From Raillietiella orientalis (Eukaryota), in the NCBI GenBank assembly GCA_036172245.1, contig JAYWIR010000045.1:496001-560000 (forward strand): a DNA stretch of 64,000 nt, in the 5' to 3' direction. The notes under the pieces are model-generated. The model saw only the letters and a program-made list of their open reading frames with translations, was not told the DNA's origin and searched no databases. Of the stretch, positions 38,701 through 52,000 are shown piece by piece. Position numbers and translations under genes: made by a program. Each line of letters begins with the position of its first letter. Within the stretch, counting starts at the first letter, position 1.

Positions 38701-41700
38701 CTTGGCAGTGAGTTCTCTGTTGTTTCAAACAAGTTGATTCCTAAGGATCTTGGAGGGGAAGAAGCGTGGGTTCTCTTCTTTGCCTTCTCGCCTTAGGTTA
38801 GATCACGAAAACTGACTGTTGGGTCGAAGTTATTCATCTTGAAATACTGGAGCTGCGTTTCATAGCTACTGAAGACTCGGTGACAGCGAGGGACTCTTTC
38901 CGGAGTGGTATTTCCAGGAAAAGGAGAAATAGACAGTTCAGAAAACCTGATGAACCCATCGCACAAGTGTCCTAACTTGCTGAATTTTGATAAATGTGAA
39001 TCCTAATTGTAATTGATAGAAGATTGTAGAAACTTGAAAGGCATCCGAGACAAAGTTGTCTGTTACCTCCAGATAAAACACTAGGAATTTCTTTTTTGTG
39101 CTTGTGTTCTGAACTTCTCTTTATATTGAATGTTACAAATGTATGCTTATGACAACGAAACCCGCTGCACCACTAAATAGATCTAGGGCAAGAGATACAT
39201 GAGATTCACCATGGCAGGATCATTTACGGTGTTTGTCTCTTCGCTGCTTCATCAGTATTCATTGCCATATTAAGTCATTCCTTTTACACTTTCAAGAACG
39301 TGAAGAGAATAAGAATTTTGCTATACATTTTTGCAATCTAACCTTTCCGATACCCTTCACATTCTTTCCATTCCATTTCCACATTGCAACGTTTGCTTCC
39401 CTGAAGAAAAGGTTCCCTCAATGAAGAAAAAAGTCCATACTTAAAAGACTAGGCGAAAGCATCTGTATACGATTCTGTAACTATCCTATATACGATCCTA
39501 TATCTCCTCTTGCGGGAAAAAAAAAAAAAAAAACCCTACAAGCATATCTTGAAAGTATGAAATCGCATTGGCAACTTTGAGCTGTAGATTGATGGTTACG
39601 TGATTCGCGCGAATTCCGGGTTAATCGATTTCGCTTGGAACCTCTCAGTGGGACTGGCAGCAACCCGACTGGGCGCCACCTAAATTCTCATGACTCAGCA
39701 ATCCAGCTTTCGATACCTGCATGCAAGTTTCCTTAAAACCGCACTATCTAGCCTCGAAGAACCAGATCTGCATTCTAGATTTTATCTGCGATGACGCTTC
39801 CGATGAAAATCGTTGTTGCCAAGTCGGTTGACAAAGAAAGAAGACTTCTCTTCAGTGTTTTATTGATCTTTTTTTTTTTTTTTCGAACAAACGCATTCTC
39901 TGTTCCTGATCTTTGCTGCCTCGGCGGAATTTTGCTGTGCCTCTTCCTTTTACATTCCTATAACTTTGAGCGAGACCTCAAAGTTAAAGGAATGATGTTC
40001 TCAGGAAATTTCGAAGTGATATGAGTAAGAGGAGTGATACGAAAGCATGAGAATTCCTCCATTACTATAGAGATCATTCGCCAAAACAGTCTCTTTGGAA
40101 TTCTCTTGAACTCCGAGAGTAGTTGTTGCATTTGGAATTTAATGATTCTTAACACTAAAGGAAAAAAAAAAGCCTACTTCAAAGCTCACTAGTCTTTTCA
40201 GCCCTGTTTTTATTTCTAACCAATGACACTCCAAACCACATGAAAATACAACCATGGAGCTAGCAGTCTTCCGATGATCATTGCATTGAGTCAGTTGAGC
40301 AAGCCTTAAATAACTTTCTCGTCTCTTGAAGCTTCGGAGCATGGAAGGAGCTGAAGGATGTGAATCTTCGAACTTGGAATGTATTTCTAGAGTTAGATCT
40401 ACAAACGTGTTTGGAAGAGTGTCTTAGATTCTTTTTCTGCAGTAACTATCCTTAGTAATTAATTCGCAGAAAAAGAAGTATCCGCATATTAAATAAGAAA
40501 CTTCATTGCAAAGGGTCAGCTTTTGTCAGAGATCATGGAACACAGCATTTAATTGCTAACTTCAAATTTAACCTTGCATTTTGCATTGCTCATTCATCTG
40601 AGGAATGGCATCATATTGGGTATTTCTTTTCCGAACAAAAGGATATCTTCAAATCATCCGTCTCTTCATAAATATTGTACACTCTTAGTGAGTGAAATGA
40701 TGCATATGAGTTTGTAAATACTTCTTTCGTGAGAAGAGATACCTTTAAGACGAATGCTTTCTCGGGCGCACGCATATGTACAGGTAATCCAAATTCATAT
40801 GACGTAGTCCACTGCTTTTTTTCTGAGCTGTATGATTCACATAAATTTACTGAAATGGAATGCGGCTGATTGAGTGCTATTTCTGCAAAATCTATATGAA
40901 AACGAAAAGAATTGTGACACGTTTTTGGTAAGGAGGTCATTGAAATATGTACAGATTGGTACTTGCCCTTGCTAAAGCGACTGACCTCGAATTCCGTTCT
41001 GATTCAGATCAAGAGTTCTGTGAAATTCATTGGAACTGAACCATCGTAGAATATACGCAGAATACTCTTGCCGGTTATAGAAAAATAAAAAAAATGGGAC
41101 ATCACTTTGCTATTCTTGAACTGTTTTTCTCAGACTTGAGAGAGCACTTATTCTTAAAGTGCAATCACTGGATATTTTTTGGCTTCCTATCCGCTTATCA
41201 AACTTACTGTCCAGCCACTGCAGTCCGTACGTCGGCCTGCAAGATTTCTGTTCCTTTGAATCACTTGTAATTTTATTTTTTGCTTCATTTATTAATTCCT
41301 GCTTGGATCATTCCGAATGTAACATGAACCTACAAATTTTTCAATGCACTGCGTTTTTGTTTAAAGTTGGTTGTAGGAGTTTGAAATTGGATGGAGGAAG
41401 CTTTTTGTCCGGAAATCCCACTTCAGCAGAAAATAACGAATTTCTTTTTTCAAGAGTTCCCATTAAGTGACTTGATTTGAAACATGCTGTACGAGCCCCC
41501 TACATGTTTCTTTCTTTCTTTTTTTTTCATTCTTTATCCCTTCTTCCTACTATGGATGTAGGAGGTACGTTTGAATGTTTCTGCATGCCGGTGCTTTCCA
41601 TAGTTTAAAGTTGTCATTAAGGGAGTCTTCGACAAAATTGTCATACGGGCAGTAGATCACAAACTTCCTTACGTTCTGTACGTTCCGGTGTACAAAATGC

Positions 41701-42747
41701 TATGGAATGAAACAAAAGATACGTTATTCAGAGTATGTTTGATCTTGTCGATCTTTATTGATAATGTGTGGTAGGTTTGCACACACCGTCGATTCCTCAA
41801 CACATTTTCTTTCCCATTTTTTGTTTTTTTTAGGATATGCCAGGGAAAAATCCCTGCAGTGTTTTGAGAATTTACAATAACCGAGTGCTGCATAAGTTAA
41901 TTCTGTATAGAAGTTTGCATTGCCATGTCCAGTTGTTTTGCTTCAAGCAACAACAACAGCAAAAAAAGAACAAAAAACAAAATGATGTGAACAATACGGG
42001 GGAGGGGGGGGGGCTGCCAATGATTTTTTTTTTTTTTTTTTTGTGGGGCAAAGTGGATGATTCATTAAGATTGCTGATCATATTGTTATGGTTAATACAT
42101 GGTTAATAATCACATGACTGCAACTTGCAATGGGACGTTGAAGATCTACTCTTACGCACTTACTCTTGCGATAATGAATTACCAACCGATGCTGATAGCA
42201 CATGTTATTTATCTTCTGTTTAAATATTGTCAAATCCGATTGCGTAACAAGATTGCTGCTGCAATAGTTAACAACCGTTCATGATTTGCACCTTAAGTGT
42301 ACGATAGAAATCAGCATATGGTGATGCATTTTTATGTGGAAACTGTTAACGTGTTGGAGACACTATTTTGGGTTTGTCAATAGGTCTGTTGTGGACTGAC
42401 TGCCATCATTCTACAACATTGAACGTAAAAAAAAAAAAAAAAAATGAGAATTACGATTTACTACGTATGAGTTTTTTGCTATTCATGAAAACTTGTGCAG
42501 GTATCTTATTGAATTTCACAGGTTGCAATAATAAATTTCTTTGCTTTTATAGATTATTGGTGTGTAACCAAAGGATGATGTCCTAAAATATAAATAAGAC
42601 ATACTGGTGAAATCAAGACTCGTTAACCAAGTTAATGAACATACGGTCGTAATGTAACCCGGAAACTGATTTATAATTTTAACATTTGATTTAATTCGCA
42701 TGCGATGATCACTCAGTTGATGTATTCATAAGAACTGAAAATGAGAC

Positions 42748-45605
42748 ATGGATTCAGATATTACCCTTCATACGAAACAAAATTGTGAAAATACTCAAGA
42801 AGTGAATGAGGATGCCCTAGCCCTCATGAATAACACCGATGGAAATAGACAAGGTATATTTAAATATTAAAATTATTGTGAAAAATGGAAAAAATCAAAA
42901 ACTTGTTCCGTGTCCGTATTTAAAATAGTCGATGCCATGCCTGTTTGTGTGTTTACATTCATGCATGAGTGCATGTTTTACATTTTGATACCAAAATGAG
43001 CATACTTTAAAAGTCAGCACATTTGCTAAAGCAAGATGTTCTGGATCTGAACTCTTAACTTCAGCATGCAAATGTGGCAGGCAGTGACAGAATGTCACAT
43101 TTCGTGTCCCCACATTGACACAAGTTTTCTTGTACGCTAGTGTGAGGAAATCTTTAATAGGCATGTGTGAACTGATCGACATGTGAAGATTATTAAGATC
43201 CGTCTCTGAAAAACCATTACAAATACTCCTTCATTGACTTCCTTAACATCCATTTGATGTTGCTATATGGGTTTTATCTCATGCAACACATATCTGGAAT
43301 TTTGCATGTAGATGAGATAATAGGACACACTGATGCCCTGTTGGAAGAGTATATCGGATTTCCTCCACTCTTTTTCAATCTTGTTAAACTCGAGCTAGAA
43401 TTGCTTGTGTGGAGTTCAAACCATTTTGTGGCATTGCATGCTATGATCCTGCATCATTTATGGTTCATAATTAAGTGTTGTCAAAATTCATGTTAAAATC
43501 TAATTCATGTCATTGACAAAAAATATTTCTTAATAGAGATTAGGTATTATCTAGATATCAAAATGTAGGCTTGAATAAAGCATGCTAAGAAATTAACCCA
43601 ATCTCAAAATGAAGAGAATACATAAAACAAAACACTGATGAACTGTAAATTCTTATCAAGACTTAGACATTTTAAGATAGATTTAATGAACAATAAAACA
43701 TTTATAGCATAAGAACTTGTGAGCACTGTGTGCTAATAATTTGAATATGCATTATAATTTCAGTAACAAGTGAGTGTGAGGAACCATTTCCTAGCCTTTC
43801 AGATTTTCATGACTATGAACCAAACTTGGAATTTGATGATACAGAAGTACAGCAAGCTGTTATTAGCCGAGAAAATGGTATGTACAGTAGTGATTTAAAA
43901 AAAGCTGAATATAATGTTCTTGAATTTATTCTTCCATTTGCTTAGCAATACATATTGGCAGTGAACCAACCGAATTTTTGGAATCCCCTGTTTCTGATGG
44001 CATCATTGAAGAAAACTTTGAAGCAGAACTTGGTGGCCCATTAAGTTTAATTTTCACTGCAACTTCTGCTAGAGAGTCTGTCATTGAGGAACAAGCTAAT
44101 GAAGATTTCAGAGACATAGCAATGAGAGGGATTGTAGATGTTGTTGGTGATGACACCTATGGGAGGAAGGTAATTGTTGTATCTGCCTGTCGACTGCCTA
44201 AGAGCAATGAAATTGATCACAGCCGCTTGCTGAGGTTAGCATCATGTGTGCATGATAGATGCTAACTCTTGATGTAGATATTTGCTATTCACTCTGGATC
44301 AGTTTGTTGAAGAAGATTATACTCTAGTTTATTTTCATCACGGATTGGTTCGTGCAAATCGACCTTCTCTGTCTTGGCTGTGGCATGCTTATCGAGTATT
44401 CGATCGCAAGTACAAGAAAAATCTTAAAATGCTGTATTTGGTGCATCCAACCAAATTTATTCGAATGGTGTGGCAGCTGTTCAAACCAGCCATCAGGTGT
44501 GTGATTGCTGCTTGACACTGTGTTTTGACATCTACTATAGTGTGAAATTTGGTCGTAAAATAATGTATGTCAACTATCTGCATGAGCTTCGACAACATCT
44601 GCATTTGGATCAAATATGTATTCCAGATGCTGTAATTGAGTGAGTATTAGTCTTCTTTCAGTGCAGTAGTCTGCTTTAGACATGATCAGCAGCTAATAGC
44701 AAGCAATTCACAGCTTTTGAAAACTCTCCAACCATCATTCCAGTCTTCCCCTGTTTTTTCAACACAGCAGTTTGGTGTCAGTCTCCAATTTCTCAAGGAG
44801 AATAATTTTGGAGATCCTATTCCCCCTGTAGTACGTCAGTGTGTGGAATTTTTAAGTTCTCCAGATATGCTGGAAACAGAAGGTTTATTCCGGCGATCAG
44901 CAAGTACTGCATTGGTGAAAGAACAACAGCAGAGACTTAATTGTGGTGAAGAAGTGACTTTTGCTCAAGATGCACATGTTGCAGCTGTGATATTGAAAAA
45001 ATTTTTACGGGAACTGAAAGAGCCCTTGATGACTTTTGAGTTATTTGATGAAATTATGCAGTTACAAAGTGAGGACGTGCTTTTCGTTTTGCAATCTATT
45101 TGTATTTCCAGAACTATCTCGCGAAGAACGACCACCATTTATCAAAGCTATGGTTCTGGAGAGACTCCCAGAAGACAATTATATTTTGCTGAAGCACATT
45201 ATTCACTTTTTAGCAAAGGTGATAATGAAATAGAAGATAATTTTGGAATCTTTTTGAACTTGCTATTCTGTACAAATTATTTGCTGCTGTCAACAATGAA
45301 AAAATTACTGTTCTTGAATATAACACACGCTATTGTTGGATTTTACAACTTGAGAAAACAATTTAGAGTATTTGTATTGTTGTGTTCCGATTAGTGCAAA
45401 CATTTCTACTATTTTTGTAATTTCTTCGTTCAAGGTGATGGACCGGTCAGATCTGAACAAAATGACTGCATCGAACTTAGCTGTGGTTTTTGGTCCCAAT
45501 TTGATTTGGTCTCATAGTCAGCAGATGTCCCTGGCAGCTATTAGTCCCATAAATCAATTCACCGAATTCTTGTTGGCTCATCAGGAAGAAGTTTTCCTTT
45601 TATGA
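42748..45605 (+). CDS. ARHGAP1: Rho GTPase-activating protein, p50RhoGAP/ARHGAP1 (RhoGAP68F-like); CRAL-TRIO/BCH + RhoGAP domains; 8 coding exons
   Basis: GT-AG exon chain stays in frame: 42748-42853, 43764-43877, 43946-44234, 44278-44496, 44541-44639, 44680-45068, 45112-45218, 45435-45605. BCH motifs [45 protein letters not shown]; RhoGAP motifs [46 protein letters not shown]-terminal [23 protein letters not shown] resembles arthropod orthologues. First exon is the least certain. Confidence 0.93.
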
Positions 45606-45754
45606 ATCCAGGAAGAGGTGTGCCTCCATCTGGCATGCACTGATGCATCTTACCACCAAACTTCGTGACGTGATTTTTGATTTTGAGTGTAAATTGTTAG
45701 GGAGCTTGTAGCATTGCACATACAATACCCTGTCCCTGTATCACGTTTCTCAGA

Positions 45755-45760
45755 AATAAA
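45755..45760 (+). promoter_or_regulatory. Polyadenylation signal of the RhoGAP gene
   Basis: AATAAA 150 nt after the stop, followed by a GT-rich stretch (CTGTTTATGTG). Confidence 0.7.
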
Positions 45761-45802
45761 GTTTTACACCTCTGTTTATGTGCTTGCACTGAGATTCACA
45801 AT

Positions 45803-48800
45803 ATGAGCACAGGAAAGAAAAGTGCAGGGAAGAAAATCACTGCACTAGCAAGTGAAAAAAATAAAGAAAAGCCTCCCTTTCCAGACAAGGTAAGACAGGG
45901 CATAGGCTGGATTCGGATTCAGCTTATTCCTGGCTTCAGTTGCAGGTTCTGGAGATCCGTGATGCCTTACCTGACACTGTATCTTTGTTATTGCATAGTA
46001 GGGAGCCTAACATTCTGATGCAGGCCCTCCAAGCACTGAGCACATATGCACTTCAAGGAGATGAGCAAAGGAATGAAATAGTCCAGTTAAATGTGATTCC
46101 TGTGCTTCTGCAAGAGTTACACAGTGTTCAGGGCAAGCCCAGACGTAACATATGTTATCTATTAGCAATTCTAAGTGGCAGCAGTAAGTTGGCATACAAA
46201 ACAGCAGTTAGCTGTAGTTGTTTCTAGATGATGCGGCAATTCAACTATTTCAACATAACGCTATTAGTACTTTCCAAATGGTATTAACTACCGACAGTAC
46301 AACAGCGGAATTTGTAACTTTGTGCTTAGTGCACATTTCGAAACTTTCGTGTGCCAAATCACTTTTTTGTGACGAGAATAGTAGTGCACTTCTTATACAG
46401 CAGTTGGATGCTCAAGATCCAGATATAGTCAGGAATAGTTTAGAAACCTTAACCAATATTTTAGAAGTGAGTTATTACCAATTAGTGATGGTTTATGATT
46501 TCACAGGATTACGATGCTCGAAAGAAATTTTCTGCAAATGGTCTTGTTACACACCTAACAAAATTGCTTCATAGTAGTTATTCAGAAATCCAACAGTTGG
46601 CTCTAACATGGTAAATTAACAGCTAATTTTGATTTTTTATTTGTTGAACTAGTTTAGCTCATATGTCCAAAGAACAACTTTGGCAAGCACAATTCGAGTC
46701 ATCACAGTGTTTAGAGACAATTGTGAATATCCTTGCTGAACCAAAATTTAATGATCTTCATTGCCTGGCCTTAATAATCATTGATAGATTGCTACAGAAG
46801 TCAGATACGTTGCAAAAAGCTGTTTCTTTGGGCATAGGGAATAAAACTGCTTCCCTTCTACATTCTATGGCAGCTTCCACAAGCACCAAGAGATTTGCCA
46901 TCAGAATCATTGCAAAGCTTGTGAAAAATGGTAAGTGACATGGAGAAGAAGCTGAATGAACTTAATCTCAGCGGATGGTCGTCACCTGCTTTATAAATTT
47001 GAAGTTGATACTTTGTTAGTGCAGTTGCTAAGTAATCCGGATCCTAACATTCAAAAAGCATCAGCATATGCTCTTTCGTGTTTTGCAGAGTATGACATGA
47101 ATTTCAGAAATAAGATTGGCCAAACTGGTATTTTGCAAAAGAACTGCTTGAATACACATCAAGTTTCTTTGATTTATAGGCATTACAGCTCTTGTAAATT
47201 TATTATTCTCAGAAGAACAAGAAGTACAGCTTGTTTCTGCACAGACCCTTAGTCAGATGATTCACTGCCATCTAGACAACTGCCATATGTTCATTGCAGC
47301 TGGTGGCCTTGAGAGAATGCTGAATTGCCTTTCCTTTCAGGATAGCAGATGTCAGCTGAGTGCATGTGACTGTTTTATGCAGTTGGCAGCATACCAGGTA
47401 AGCTAAAATCATATGATCACAAAAACCATTGGTTTTAGGAACTAAGGGAACAATGCCTTAAACTGCCATTAGTTTCATCCCTGTGTCAACAATTACAAGT
47501 CGATATACCAAGTCTTAAGATAAAAATCTGCTACACTTTGGCTGCTCTTTCTGTTGACAACAGAGCTTGCCAGCAAGTATGTTTTGCTATATCGTAATTA
47601 TTAATAAAAGATGATTAGCTCCTGGAATCTAATGGCCTACCAGTATTTTTGTCTCTTCTGAATAATTCTGGGACCTCTATCCTTCAAGCAGTTAGTTATC
47701 TCCTTGTTATGCTGGCACATGATGCTCAGTTGGTTTTGGAAATGGTACATTTGGATGCTGTAGCAAAGCTTGAAAACCTCCTAAAATGTGAACAAATAGA
47801 ATGTGCTGCAGTTGCATTGAGAAAGATACTTGCTAAACATCTTCCTATAAAATATGCTTACTTGGGTCACTTGGAAGTGACTGATATTATCATCTCAGGA
47901 TTCTACGATATTGGTCCACAAACCTCTTTGACTGAATTTCCTTCATTGCAGGAATTGTTTGCTCAGAAAGATAGTCTTGAGAATACTGTTATTTTAGTCA
48001 ACATTTCAGATGTGAAACCATTGTAAGCTAAAAAATTCTCATTTGTTAAAATGATAAGATTGAATTGCAGAGATCCTTATGCACCCTCAGAGAGTAAAGA
48101 TCCAGCCTCTTCATCATACAAGATCGCTGTTACAGAGAAATCTCTCACTGAAACATCTTTACCATTTGAAAAATCGATCAGTCTGAAAGAAAGAAAGAGA
48201 AGCAAAATGGCTCAGAAGAGTGATAAATCATTCCATCCAGAGGTTAGCTTATCTGGCACATCAAGTATTTATTGTATTGCAGGAACAAGCTAACAATAAT
48301 AAAGATAAATATGCAACTTTGTTTACTCATCCTGTAGATCATGATTTATCAGAATATGTTTCCAATGCCAGAAATATTCTGGATGGATTCCAAGATGATA
48401 AAGAGAAAATCTCAGCTTTAGCAAGGTAAAGAAGGTATCACTGTTTCTTGCCAAATGTAATCCAGCCACTGGATTCAAGATTTGTTAGTTCTGTCATGGG
48501 TGGTGCATTAAATGAGCATCAATTAAATATCAAAGCATGGGATTATGAAATTAGTTGGTTGAAGCATACTGCCAAAAGTAATTTGATACCAATCAGTAAG
48601 TCCCTGAAATTGCATTGCATCTATTCTCTGCATTTAGGTCACATTAAGTGTGGGTATTTCAATCACCGGGCATTGTTGTTCAAATATTTAGCTGATTGTC
48701 TAGAATTACCAAGTACATTATCTCGTGGCATTGCAAACCGGTCATATAATGAGGTATATGTAATAAATGTTTTGAGACAAGTAAGTCAGCCTGTTACAAG

Positions 48801-48933
48801 GTTTGTGTTAGTTTTTCTTGCAATTCAGCTGGAAGTGAAATGTTTTGTGGTTGACCTTATGTATCAGCCTGGGAATCTTCTGCCTAAAGGGAGCATAGCC
48901 TATGAAGAATATGTTCGCCCACCCTGGGCCTAA
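45803..48933 (+). CDS. ARMC3: Armadillo repeat-containing protein 3; 14 exons
   Basis: Open exon chain: 45803-45889, 45946-46183, 46228-46466, 46507-46610, 46653-46930, 46972-47127, 47180-47397, 47439-47576, 47619-48022, 48071-48242, 48283-48425, 48480-48595, 48638-48780, 48829-48933. N-terminal DTVSLLLHSREPNIL...YALQGDEQRNEIVQL, ARM repeats, and C-terminal HIKCGYFNHRALLFKYLADCLELPSTLSRG..RSYNEV...VDLMYQPGNL match ARMC3. Confidence 0.9.
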
Positions 48934-49071
48934 TATTTAGTGATATTTCCTATGAAATGCATTTACATTCAAAATTGCGTGCAAACAATCACTTAAAATG
49001 ATTAGCAATTACATAGCTACAGGATTCACCTTTTTGGTAATTCCATAAAACTTGCCTGTTGAAGGCTGAAA

Positions 49072-49083
49072 AATAAAAATAAA
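49072..49083 (+). promoter_or_regulatory. Tandem polyadenylation signals of ARMC3
   Basis: AATAAAAATAAA about 140 nt after the stop, with T-rich sequence downstream. Confidence 0.7.
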
Positions 49084-52000
49084 TACAATCGGTCATATCA
49101 CATTTATTTTCATTTTGTGTAATCGGGTTTGGAATTTTCTTTTTTTGTTCAAGAAAATTCAAATGGTAAACCAACGGAGGGTTTTGCTAAGCCATTCATG
49201 AGCATGTGACACACTCACTTTTTAACAAGGATTAAGGTATTTTGTTTACGCCAGTATGCAAAATTGCCTTATTATTTACTGGTTTGTACACTTCACGAAT
49301 GCTTTTACCGATTTATTGGAATAATATTCCTCATCAATCTTGAATATATTTTTTCCCATTCCATATGCGTTTCAAAATCTGTAATGCGTAATTATCTAAT
49401 GTTTACCTGCAATAAAGATCACCAGCATTTAATGCTAGTGTAATTAAAAGGTTTGTTCTTTTCGCAGAAATCGCACATGGCATGAATAGTTTCGTGGTTA
49501 CCTTGGACGAAATACCAATTCTTCACACCACATGCTTACAATGTTAAAATTCACATTAAGCTGCTTGGATCGAAGATTCTAAGTCAGTTTCCATGATTCT
49601 AAGTTTCTTTTCGTTGTGATTCGAATAATTACCGGTATTGGTTGCTTAGAAAATCGTCAGTCTGGGCACATTTGATCCTAATTTTCATATGCTCAGATAG
49701 GACGAAGAACTTCCAAGTCGCTTTAGATTAGAATCTGATTACTCCAACCAAGTCTTTTCTGTCAGCATCAGCATATTTTCATTCGAATCTAGACGATAAT
49801 GCACCAAGCATAGGAGATCTTTCGATTTGAAGTTCGACTCCTTGGCTCCTTTCTTTCTATCTACGTACACGTCTTCACGGAGGATTTGAAAATGCAAAAA
49901 CCAGGAATAGAATTTAATGCCTCCAACATAAAGCATTAATAACAGTGTTTCTATACTTAAATTCATTGTAGACACAAACTTGATTTATGTACTTTTTTTT
50001 TTCCGCTTCACAGAAAAACATCCCAGGTTGCTTGCATGTTTGTATGACTGGGACCAGCATAAGCATCATGGAAGCTTAAAACACGCCAAATAGCTATTGA
50101 GCTATCATTTGGAAATATGATTTTTTCTGAGTGGGGTACTTGATATAATTCTGAGCGTTCAGTATTATAAAACTTTAATTACAGATAGAAATACGTGTTG
50201 CCTTTCTTTTGAAGTTGTACAAAAAGTATTGAGTATATGACATGGATACTCAATAAAATCTAAATGAATCAGAGTCGAAGCAGTTAAGATTACGGTTCTT
50301 CTTTTAGAATGAACCATTCTTGTATTTTCCGAAATTTCCATAAATTAAAGAAATAATTCAGTCTATCTCTAAATATATTCAATTATATCCAAAATTTAAA
50401 AATGATCGGAAACTTGCATAGAGTATTAAGAAAATAAAGATAATTTTGACCCTTTTTCATTGTGGAAATGGTTTTGAAATGATTAAAGCAAAAAATTCAG
50501 GGTTTGAATCTAGAAATATTAAGTAGAATTTCAATACTTTGATGTAAATCATCATTATTATTTTGTAATCCCTTGAATGGTAGTTAATGCAACTTGGACA
50601 CTGGTTTAGTACTGCATATTACGTGTTCATTATACATATGAATGCCTCCTTAATGAATAATGTTAATCTCCTTATGAAAGATAAGGAATATAATATTAGT
50701 GTCAGTAGTTTGTCTGGGGACCTCATTTTGATTTCCATACGAAAGAGTTATGAAAGCTGATTCTAAGAGAAGTCGAGCGAAGTAAGCTGTTCTTTTCAAG
50801 GATTAGCAAGAGTGACCTAGGTTTCGATGATATGCAGGAAGAATAGGAATAAAGCATTATCTGAATGAGGCATGGGTTTTAATAATGATCTCATGAGGTG
50901 CACAAAACAAAGCTTTTTAAGCAAACATGTCACATACGTTTCATTTTTTTTTTTCCTGAAAATTCTCTCTTCGTTGAGGGAATATATAAAATCTTTGCTA
51001 AGGTGCACCACATCTTTAGTGCGCGTCTTGTTGATTCTACAGTTTCCTTCATTTTAAATTGTATGACTCAGTTTCTTGCTGATCTTTCTTTACTAGTTGG
51101 ACACTGTCAAATTAGTTTGATCACACTAGTATTGTGTTTTACTGGTTGTCTATTACAAAGATATGTATCATGACTCATTAAATGGCATTCATGGTGATTA
51201 TTATGAAAGTTTCCATGCTTCTCTTAATTTTCACAAAATATTTATAAATGCATGCAAGAGTACAAATAATTCTTGATATTTTGTTAGAATCTTTACCTGT
51301 TGATCTACGAGGTCTTCTTCCAGCAGCCTGCTTTGGTGGACATAAAATTTATTCATTCCATAATCATGTTTCTCTTTGCTAAAAGGTGCCAATCACTATC
51401 ACTTGATTACTTTTATAATTTAAATAAGCTCTCCTGTATGTTCCAATACTATTTCACAGATCTTGCTGTCTATCTGATAAATTATTTTCCTTGTACTTCT
51501 AATCTCATTGCTTTGTTGTTTCAATTAGTTTGATGAATGCCTCGCTTACGAATTGAGAGGAACTCTCCAGATTTTGTAGACATTCATAAACACTGCCTAA
51601 TGGCTTGAACGAGAATTTAATTCGTCTTTAAGTTTCTTGAATTATTCTCATGATTTATCCTATAGACTGCTGTGAAGGCATGGAAATTAGCTCTGAAAGA
51701 TTTCTGATTTTCCTGACAAAAGGTGAACACCGCATTTCTGATATTATTGGGTTCTAGTATTCATATCTTGAATGTGCTGTGCCGTATATTTAAAATGAAT
51801 GAATCACATATATCAAAAAAAGATTACATTTTGTCTGAACCGAGAGGAAAGTTTTTTATGTGAAAAACTTCAAATAGAGACGAGTAGTAGTCAATAAATA
51901 AGGAAATGAAGAATGGAGCGGTTTCTCGGTACTAATGACGTCCTAGGACAAGTTCTGATATTAGATGAGTTGTACTTTGTGTCTTCCCTTTGAAATTTGA

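Noticed and set aside
45216..45439. 8-nt direct repeat AAGGTGAT at both ends of the 216-nt RhoGAP intron as a sign of recent intron gain
   Set aside because: Largely explained by the AG/GT splice consensus; needs orthologue intron positions to mean anything.
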